The notes under the pieces are model-generated. The model worked only from the letters and a program-made list of their open reading frames with translations, searched no databases and was not told the DNA's origin. Shown here piece by piece: positions 19,165 through 25,817 of a stretch of 57,593 nucleotides of DNA. Numbering within the stretch: the first letter of the stretch is position 1; every line of letters begins with the position of its first letter. This DNA is from Flavobacteriales bacterium. Lineage in GTDB: Bacteria > Bacteroidota > Bacteroidia > Flavobacteriales_D > Sanyastnellaceae. The stretch is from positions 1-57,593 of the forward strand of contig CANHWU010000001.1 of NCBI GenBank assembly GCA_947464415.1, written 5' to 3'. Made by a program: the position numbers and the translations under genes.

Positions 19165-19172
19165 CAAAAATA
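19165..19172 (-). promoter_or_regulatory. Candidate -7 promoter box (TATTTTTG on the minus strand) for the DUF349 gene
   Basis: Plus strand reads CAAAAATA. The motif lies ~22 nt upstream of the ATG at 19143. Confidence 0.35.
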
Positions 19173-19206
19173 GGAAAGACAAGGATTAATTGGGTTATTT
19201 TGTTGT

Positions 19207-19680
19207 ATGGAAAATTATACCCTCTTCAAGGCCAAAATAAAGGCCTATTGCGATAAGGCAGAACGATGTCATCATGATGTTAGAAATAAATTATTTCTTT
19301 GGAAAGTTCCTGCTGAGAGGCATGGCGAGATTATAGCGGATTTAATCACTCAGAATTTGCTGAATGAAGAGCGGTACGCTCTCGCATTTGTGCATGATCA
19401 CCATGCATTCAGGAGGTGGGGAAAAGAAAAAATTAGACAAGGTTTGAAGAAAAAGCAAGTTTCCTCTTTCTTGATTGAGTTTGCTCTCAAAAGTGTACAA
19501 TTTGAGAGTGAAGAGGAGAATTTACGCACCTGCGCTGAAAAAAAATGGACGAGTTTGAAAGATGAAAATCAACATAAAAGAAGAGCTAAATTAATTCGTT
19601 ATCTCTACGGAAGAGGATTTGATATGGAGGCTATTCAAAAGGCAGTGAGGAGGGTAACGGGAGATGCTGAATTTGAATAA
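19207..19680 (+). CDS. recX: Regulatory protein RecX
   Basis: 157 aa. YCDKAERCHHDVRNKL start and repeated three-helix pattern (LNEERYALAFVHD..., LIRYLYGRGF) typical of RecX. Confidence 0.8.
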   Translation: MENYTLFKAKIKAYCDKAERCHHDVRNKLFLWKVPAERHGEIIADLITQNLLNEERYALAFVHDHHAFRRWGKEKIRQGLKKKQVSSFLIEFALKSVQFESEEENLRTCAEKKWTSLKDENQHKRRAKLIRYLYGRGFDMEAIQKAVRRVTGDAEFE

Positions 19681-20968
19681 TACTTTCCGTAGTTTCTGTT
19701 ATTTTTACTGATTGCGCAATTCCTAAACCGAGTACTCCAATTATTTTATTTTGATCGGCAATCACTGGAAATTTATTTCGGATAGAGGTGTGGATTTTTT
19801 TGTGTGTGTAATAGTCGGATAAAAGCATTGTTCCCGACATTCCTAGTGGTTGGATTTTATCGCCATTGTTCCAGATTCTTAGGGTGAGTGGAAATTGAAT
19901 TTTTGAAATGTCCATTTGTAGAAAGTTGGCTTTTTTCACCACTTCAAATGGGGAAGATTTTTGGAAAGATCTACATTCAACTTTTATTCCGTCCCAGTTC
20001 ACGGTGCAGTTAGGCTCGTCAATTCGAATGGAGCTTGGTATGTTGGTATGGATTATAGAGAGTGACCATCCCATGTCTGTTTTGGTTACCACGGCTTGTG
20101 GTGACCTTCTCAGACTTCCGTTTTGACTATGCTTGATTTCGAGGATTGCTTCAATGTCTTTTGAACTAAATCCGTATGGTGAAAGCCAGTGATATAGGAT
20201 TGTTGAGGCCGATAAATGCGCTGGAATGGAATGAAAAGGAAGGGTAGTAGAGAATGGTTCATGAATAAGGTTTTCATCGATCCAATTTTTCAAAAAGAAG
20301 TTCCACCAATCTTGATGCTCTTGCAATTTTTCCGAGTGGTCCTTGATTTGTTCATCGGATATCTCGAACCTTTCTTTGACGTTGGGTAGTATTTGATGGC
20401 GAAGGTAATTTCTGGAATAGTCGTCTTTGGCATTGCTGCTATCTTCTCGCCAGGTGAGGGATCGTTGTTGAGCATATTGCTCTATTTCTTTTTTGGGAAT
20501 GTCTAACAAAGGACGGCAATAGGGAACGTCTATTTTCTTGATCCCCCCCAATCCATTTACGCTGCCACGCAACCATTGTAGCCATTGGGTTTCCCATTGG
20601 TCGTTGAGATGTTGAGCCAGTAGAATACACTTGGCATTTTGTTCTTTAAGACAATTTTCAAAGTGTTCTCTTCTTATTTTTCTCGCCCAATTTTGTGTGT
20701 TTTCTGGTATTGATTCTTTTTGGACTTTTAAAACATGGCTGTGAATTTGGTTTTGTTTGGCCCATTGAACAACGAAGTCTTCATCTCCGTTACTTTCCTC
20801 ACCTCGCAATTGATAATTGACATGCGCAATGGAGAAAGAAAATGGCAATTGCAAGAGGATATCGGCGAGCACCATGCTGTCCATTCCACCGCTCACTCCT
20901 ACAACAAATCGATCCGACGCATCAAATTGTTCTGTAAGAAAATCATGGATTTCTTTAAGCAATGACAT
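19631..20968 (-). CDS. tilS: tRNA(Ile)-lysidine synthetase
   Basis: 445 aa. PP-loop VGVSGGMDSMVL, HLNDQWET motif, and a TilS-type C-terminal domain. Confidence 0.9.
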   Translation of the reverse strand: MSLLKEIHDFLTEQFDASDRFVVGVSGGMDSMVLADILLQLPFSFSIAHVNYQLRGEESNGDEDFVVQWAKQNQIHSHVLKVQKESIPENTQNWARKIRREHFENCLKEQNAKCILLAQHLNDQWETQWLQWLRGSVNGLGGIKKIDVPYCRPLLDIPKKEIEQYAQQRSLTWREDSSNAKDDYSRNYLRHQILPNVKERFEISDEQIKDHSEKLQEHQDWWNFFLKNWIDENLIHEPFSTTLPFHSIPAHLSASTILYHWLSPYGFSSKDIEAILEIKHSQNGSLRRSPQAVVTKTDMGWSLSIIHTNIPSSIRIDEPNCTVNWDGIKVECRSFQKSSPFEVVKKANFLQMDISKIQFPLTLRIWNNGDKIQPLGMSGTMLLSDYYTHKKIHTSIRNKFPVIADQNKIIGVLGLGIAQSVKITETTESIIQIQHLPLPSSLPFE

Positions 20969-22112
20969 TCTTTTTATTTTTAGCGAGCAGTGATTGGGCT
21001 TTTAACCAACACTCTTCCCATTCAGATTGAAAGTTGGATTGGAGGGTGATGGCGGAACCGATGCCAATTTTCCCTTTTTTTTCTTGATCATCGTAAATAA
21101 TACTTCTGATGATGACATTGAAATCAAAATCCCCATTGGGTTGAATCCAGCCGCAAGTTCCGCTGTACCAACCTCGTGAGTGCTTTTCTAATGCATGCGT
21201 TATGGAAACAGCGCTTTTTTTGGGAACTCCGGTCATTGATCCCATCGGAAATAGGGATTGGAAAATGGATTCAATGGAGGTAGAGGAGGCGATTTCACAT
21301 TCGACGGTGCTGATGAGATGATGTAGCGTAGAAAAAGAATGGATCCCGCAAAGCTCAGATACATGTACGCTTTTAGGCAATGCGATTTTGCTCATGTCAT
21401 TGCGAACTAAATCCACAATCATGGTATTCTCGCTTCTTTCTTTTTTACTATTGATCAAATTTTCTATGGCTTTTTGATTTTCTTCTGGGTCATTTTGGCG
21501 AGCGATAGTGCCTTTGATGGGTTGTGATATCAACCGGTTGTCTTTTTTTAAAATAAAGCGCTCAGGTGAAAGGCACATCAAATGAAATTGATTCCACTGG
21601 AAATAGGCCGCATGGGGAGCAGGATGGTTTTCGTACAGCTTAAGCCAGTGTTGATAGGGTTGAAGACAATCCATATTGGCTTGAAGCTGCATGCAATAAT
21701 TGGTTTCATACAAATCACCTCTTAGCAGATGATGTCTGAGTTGTAATAAGTTTTGTTGATATTGTTCTTTGCTTTCGGTTTCGATAAAATCAAATGTCTC
21801 TATTGCCTCTATCGATCTAAACTCCTCTTGTTTTTCTAAAATCTCAAATTCCTCTGGGATCACCCAAATCAGAGAAGGTGTTGGAATTAGATCTTTTTTT
21901 TGCACTTTGATTGGTAACCAATCGAATCCAGTCTCAAAAGCGGATACGGCAATAACGGGAAGGCCGGGATGTTGATTCAACCAGTTTTGTAGTCTGCTCC
22001 AATCTCGAGCATTGGCGCCATCAGGAACACAAAAGTATTCCTTCACACCTCTTGCGATGATGCCTTTTTCTCTTTCGCTGGTAGCGGGAAGATGTGCAAA
22101 AAAACGATTCAT
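20955..22112 (-). CDS. pabB: Aminodeoxychorismate synthase component I / chorismate-binding enzyme (short N-terminus)
   Basis: 385 aa. Motifs SPERF, PIKGTIAR, DLVRNDMS, FPMGSMTGVPK and RGWYSGTCGW. The last 14 nt overlap the tilS start. Confidence 0.8.
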   Translation of the reverse strand: MNRFFAHLPATSEREKGIIARGVKEYFCVPDGANARDWSRLQNWLNQHPGLPVIAVSAFETGFDWLPIKVQKKDLIPTPSLIWVIPEEFEILEKQEEFRSIEAIETFDFIETESKEQYQQNLLQLRHHLLRGDLYETNYCMQLQANMDCLQPYQHWLKLYENHPAPHAAYFQWNQFHLMCLSPERFILKKDNRLISQPIKGTIARQNDPEENQKAIENLINSKKERSENTMIVDLVRNDMSKIALPKSVHVSELCGIHSFSTLHHLISTVECEIASSTSIESIFQSLFPMGSMTGVPKKSAVSITHALEKHSRGWYSGTCGWIQPNGDFDFNVIIRSIIYDDQEKKGKIGIGSAITLQSNFQSEWEECWLKAQSLLAKNKKNVIA

Positions 22113-22118
22113 AGATAG

Positions 22119-22143
22119 TAAAAACCCGCCACGAGGGCGGGTT
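22119..22143 (-). terminator. Rho-independent terminator after the BI-1 family gene
   Basis: ACCCGCC (22124..22130) pairs with GGCGGGT (22136..22142). On the minus strand the hairpin is followed by TTTT. Confidence 0.6.
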
Positions 22144-22163
22144 GTTATACATTACAAAGTGGT

Positions 22164-22886
22164 TTAGTCTCTGTTATTGCCACCAAAAATTCTGAGCAAG
22201 AACATGAATAAATTGATAAAATCTAAATACAAATTCAATGCGCCCATGGTAGCCAATTTCATGGAGTTGGCATCACCGTATTCAACGCCCATTCCAATGC
22301 GCTTGAGTTTTTGTACATCATAGGCAGTAAGACCGGTAAATACCAATACTCCAACGCAACTGATGATGTAGTCCAATTGAGCGCTGTTCATGAACCAATT
22401 CACCACAGAGGCGATGACCATTCCAAAAACAGCCATCATCAAAATCGCTCCCATCTTCGATAAATCGGTGGAAGTGGTGAATCCCAAGAAGGCCATGAAA
22501 CCAAATAATCCTGCCGTAATGAAGAATACTTTGGTGATGGTACCAAAATCATAAACCAAAAAGATGCTGCTCATGCTTAATCCCATCACTGCAGCGAATC
22601 CAACAAAAACTAAATTCAATGCTGTGGGACTTAATTTATTGATACCAAAGTTCATTACTAGGATGAAGGCTAGAGGAGACAACATCACTAACCATCCCAA
22701 ACCTGTCATGCCCGTAGGGCCAATCAGGTAAGAAATCATTTCGGGAGTTCCCATTTTATATGCTACCACGCCGGAGATAACCAAAGCAAGTGACATCATT
22801 CCAAAAACGCGATTCATGAACGCTCTTAAACTAGAGCTGGATACTTCATCTACCGTGAAGTTTCTTTGAAAATCTGGTGTATTCAT
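22164..22886 (-). CDS. Bax inhibitor-1/YccA family membrane protein
   Basis: 240 aa with seven hydrophobic segments. N-terminus ...LRAFMNRVFGMMSLALVISG and C-terminal LYLDFINLFMFLLRIFG are typical of the BI-1 family. Confidence 0.85.
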   Translation of the reverse strand: MNTPDFQRNFTVDEVSSSSLRAFMNRVFGMMSLALVISGVVAYKMGTPEMISYLIGPTGMTGLGWLVMLSPLAFILVMNFGINKLSPTALNLVFVGFAAVMGLSMSSIFLVYDFGTITKVFFITAGLFGFMAFLGFTTSTDLSKMGAILMMAVFGMVIASVVNWFMNSAQLDYIISCVGVLVFTGLTAYDVQKLKRIGMGVEYGDANSMKLATMGALNLYLDFINLFMFLLRIFGGNNRD

Positions 22887-22893
22887 AGTTGTG

Positions 22894-23463
22894 TTATTTT
22901 AATTTATTTCCTATCAAATGTATAAATTCTTTTCGAGTTTTGTCATTATCCAAAAATTCTCCGCTAAAGGCCGAGGTGGTGGTGAGTGAATTTTGTTTGC
23001 TTACACCTCTCATTTGCATGCACAAGTGCTGGCATTCAATGACAACAGCCACCCCTAAAGGTTGAAGGGTTTCTTGGATACAATCTCTGATCTCAATGGT
23101 CAATCTCTCTTGCACTTGCAGTCTCCTTGCAAAAACATCCACCACTCTTGGAATTTTGCTCAATCCTACGATGGTTCCATTGGGAATGTACGCGATATGG
23201 GCTTTGCCAAAAAAAGGCAGTAGGTGATGTTCACACAAGCTGTACACCTCGATGTCTTTTACCAATACCATTTCCTGGTAGGACTCTGAGAACATGGCGG
23301 ACTTCAATACCTCTGCGGCATTTTGCTGATATCCTTGGGTTAAGAAGCCATACGCCTTGGCCACGCGTTCAGGAGTTTTTTGTAGCCCCTCACGATTCGC
23401 ATCCTCCCCGATGTTTTGAAGAATGCTCTTGACGGCAATTTCTATGGGATTATTTTCCGCCAT
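22894..23463 (-). CDS. folE: GTP cyclohydrolase I
   Basis: 189 aa. Motifs [34 protein letters not shown] and CMQMRGV. Confidence 0.95.
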   Translation of the reverse strand: MAENNPIEIAVKSILQNIGEDANREGLQKTPERVAKAYGFLTQGYQQNAAEVLKSAMFSESYQEMVLVKDIEVYSLCEHHLLPFFGKAHIAYIPNGTIVGLSKIPRVVDVFARRLQVQERLTIEIRDCIQETLQPLGVAVVIECQHLCMQMRGVSKQNSLTTTSAFSGEFLDNDKTRKEFIHLIGNKLK

Positions 23464-23875
23464 AGTATTCTACAAAGTTATTTTCTGTTTCATACAGCTT
23501 GATAGCATGCAATTGGCAACCGCAAGCATTGATATCCTGCTCAATTTGTTCCCAAATGGCAATGGCTACATTTTCAGTGGAGGATTTGATTCCTTCCAAA
23601 AAATCAACATCCATATTGAGGTTTTTATGATCTAATTTATCAATCACTTTGGAATTGATGATTTTGCTGAGATCTTTGAGGTCCATGCAAAATCCTGTAA
23701 TGGGATCTGGAACCCCCTTGATGGTAACAAACAAATCGTAATTATGACCATGCCAGTTGGGATTGGAACACTTTCCAAAAGTGTCAAAGTTTTTCTGCTC
23801 ACTCCACTCCTCATGCCACAATTTGTGAGCGGCATTGAATCTTTCTTTTCTTGTAACGTACACCGTTTTTGACAT
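23450..23875 (-). CDS. queD: 6-carboxytetrahydropterin synthase / 6-pyruvoyl-tetrahydropterin synthase family
   Basis: 141 aa. FNAAHKL and [11 protein letters not shown] (Cys/His catalytic and Zn ligands). Overlaps the folE start by 14 nt. Confidence 0.88.
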   Translation of the reverse strand: MSKTVYVTRKERFNAAHKLWHEEWSEQKNFDTFGKCSNPNWHGHNYDLFVTIKGVPDPITGFCMDLKDLSKIINSKVIDKLDHKNLNMDVDFLEGIKSSTENVAIAIWEQIEQDINACGCQLHAIKLYETENNFVEYYGGK

Positions 23876-23876
23876 T

Positions 23877-24845
23877 TCAATATATTTTTTTATTCATGTT
23901 TAAATATTGTCCCACGTAATCTTCCACTCCTTCTTCCAATGTATGGAAAGGCTCGATATAACCCGCGTTGATGAGCTTAGACATATTGGCCTCTGTAAAG
24001 TATTGGTATTTATCTCTGATATCTTCCGGAGTATCAATGAATGAAATTTTTTCTGGAATTTGCATATTGCGAAAAGTATTTTTCACCAAATCCAAAAAAG
24101 TCCGGGCTTTGCCACTGCCTAAATTAAAAATACCAGATTGTTTTCTTTTTTCCATCAGCCAAATACAAACGGAAGCAACATCTTTGACATATACAAAATC
24201 ACGCATTTGCCCTCCATCTGGAAACTGAGGATGGTGGGAACGAAACAATTTCATTTCTCCGGTATTTTGAATCTGATTGAAGGCGTGCCAAATGACGGAG
24301 GCCATTCTTCCCTTATGGTATTCATTGGGTCCATATACATTGAAAAATTTCAATCCTGCCCAAAAAAATGGAGTTGTATTTTGTTGCAACACCCATTTAT
24401 CAAATTCATTCTTTGATTCCCCATAAGGATTCAAAGGTTGCAGGGAAGGGATGATGTCATGTCGATCTTCATAGCCAAACTCCCCATTGCCATAAGTAGC
24501 CGCGGAAGACGCATATACCAAGGGAATAGCGTATTGTGTGCACAGCTCCCATACTTTTTTAGAGTAACCCACATTCCATTGCTCGAAGATGGCCGCATTG
24601 AATTCGGTGGTATCGGTTCTGGCTCCTAAATGGAAAATAAAGTCAATTTGATTTTCATTTTTCTCGATGAAATCCAATAGAAGATTTCTATCCAACAATT
24701 GTCTGAATTGCTTAGACTGATAATTGACCTTTCTATCTTCTCGGGAAAAATCATCCACCAATACCAGATCAAAGTATCTTAGTTCATTCAGTTTCGCTAC
24801 CAATGCAGAGGCGATGAATCCTGCTGCACCTGTTACAATAATCAT
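23877..24845 (-). CDS. hldD: ADP-L-glycero-D-manno-heptose 6-epimerase
   Basis: Collinear by eye with E. coli RfaD/HldD: MIIVTGAAGFI, YASSAATYG, YGESK, FFNVYGPNEYHKGRMASV, RDFVYVKDVA, GIFNLGSGKA, YQYFTEA. I prefer ATG 24845 over the TTG at 24866 in the ORF track because a -7 box overlaps 24866. Confidence 0.85.
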   Translation of the reverse strand: MIIVTGAAGFIASALVAKLNELRYFDLVLVDDFSREDRKVNYQSKQFRQLLDRNLLLDFIEKNENQIDFIFHLGARTDTTEFNAAIFEQWNVGYSKKVWELCTQYAIPLVYASSAATYGNGEFGYEDRHDIIPSLQPLNPYGESKNEFDKWVLQQNTTPFFWAGLKFFNVYGPNEYHKGRMASVIWHAFNQIQNTGEMKLFRSHHPQFPDGGQMRDFVYVKDVASVCIWLMEKRKQSGIFNLGSGKARTFLDLVKNTFRNMQIPEKISFIDTPEDIRDKYQYFTEANMSKLINAGYIEPFHTLEEGVEDYVGQYLNMNKKIY

Positions 24846-24863
24846 TCTCTTGTAATGTTTCCA

Positions 24864-24871
24864 CAAAGTTA
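24864..24871 (-). promoter_or_regulatory. Candidate -7 promoter box (TAACTTTG on the minus strand) for the hldD-queD-folE operon
   Basis: Plus strand reads CAAAGTTA. The motif is 19 nt upstream of ATG 24845. Confidence 0.35.
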
Positions 24872-24959
24872 GGGGTTATTGGGAGAAAAAAATGGCTAAT
24901 TAGCGTTAATCCTCCACAGTCTATTTTGGAAAAGCACTGTTCGAAAATAAATTTTGGCT

Positions 24960-24976
24960 TTGTAAATCCATTACAA
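24960..24976. promoter_or_regulatory. Perfect inverted repeat TTGTAA-N5-TTACAA upstream of the SRAP/polymerase operon (candidate operator)
   Basis: TTGTAA (24960..24965), ATCCA spacer, TTACAA (24971..24976). It ends 23 nt before the SRAP ATG. Confidence 0.25.
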
Positions 24977-24998
24977 TCATAAAGTATTACTTTGCAAT

Positions 24999-25811
24999 AT
25001 GTGCGGACGCTACATTGTCGTTACTAAAATCAAGGAAATCGAGAAGAAATGGGGGTTAAAGGCCCCGAGTGGTTTTTCTTTTGAACCTTCAGCGAATTTA
25101 TCGCCGGGTCAAAAGGGAATGGTCGTCACTCAGCAAGCTCCCAAGGAAATTCAGTTAATGCGATTTGGTATGACACCGCACTGGTCGAAGGACGGTAAAA
25201 TGTTCATCAATGCTCGAAGTGAAGGCGATCATAATTCTGATAATGATGCTCAATATCGCGGAGCCAAGGGGATATTGGAGAAGCCAAGTTTCAGAAAGCC
25301 GATTCGCTCCCAGCGATGCTGGGTGATTGCGGATGGATTTATTGAGGGGCCAGAAAAAGTTGGGTTGAACCAGCCGTTTTGCGTTTATCCTAGAAAGGGC
25401 GATGGACCGATGATTTTTGGGGGTATTTGGGATACTTATCAAAAGGGGGAGACGGTAGTGGAGTCCTTTGCTATAGTGACCACCGCGGCCAATGAGGTCT
25501 TAAGACAAATTGGTCATCATCGTTGTCCGTTGATTTTAGACAAGGAATCGGCGATGGTGTGGATCGATGAGCAATCTACTTTGAGCGATGTGACGGCATG
25601 TATGAAAGTGCCTAAGGCGGAATGGTTAAACGCATATCCCATTGACTCCGCCATCAAGTCTTCTCAAATGAATGGAAAAGATTTGCTCAAACCCATTGGT
25701 GATAGGGTAATCAAGGAGTTTGAATACGAGGTCTACCAAGATATTGAGATGTTTGGAATGGGAGAAACAAGAGGGAGAAAGAGAAGGGATGATCAATTGA
25801 GTTTGTTCTAA
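24999..25811 (+). CDS. SOS-response-associated peptidase (SRAP / YedK / HMCES family) with C-terminal extension ending QLSLF
   Basis: 270 aa. MCGRY start (Cys2), FINARSE, CWVIADGF, TTAAN and GHHRCPLIL motifs. A ~45-aa basic/acidic tail ends in RKRRDDQLSLF. Confidence 0.9.
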   Translation: MCGRYIVVTKIKEIEKKWGLKAPSGFSFEPSANLSPGQKGMVVTQQAPKEIQLMRFGMTPHWSKDGKMFINARSEGDHNSDNDAQYRGAKGILEKPSFRKPIRSQRCWVIADGFIEGPEKVGLNQPFCVYPRKGDGPMIFGGIWDTYQKGETVVESFAIVTTAANEVLRQIGHHRCPLILDKESAMVWIDEQSTLSDVTACMKVPKAEWLNAYPIDSAIKSSQMNGKDLLKPIGDRVIKEFEYEVYQDIEMFGMGETRGRKRRDDQLSLF

Positions 25812-25817
25812 AGTGTC

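Noticed and set aside
24936-24952. CACTGTTCGAAAATAAA upstream of the SRAP gene resembles half of an E. coli-type (CTGT-N8-ACAG) or Gram-positive-type (GAAC-N4-GTTC) LexA box.
   Set aside because: There is no matching second half-site at the required spacing, and neither consensus is expected to apply in Bacteroidota.
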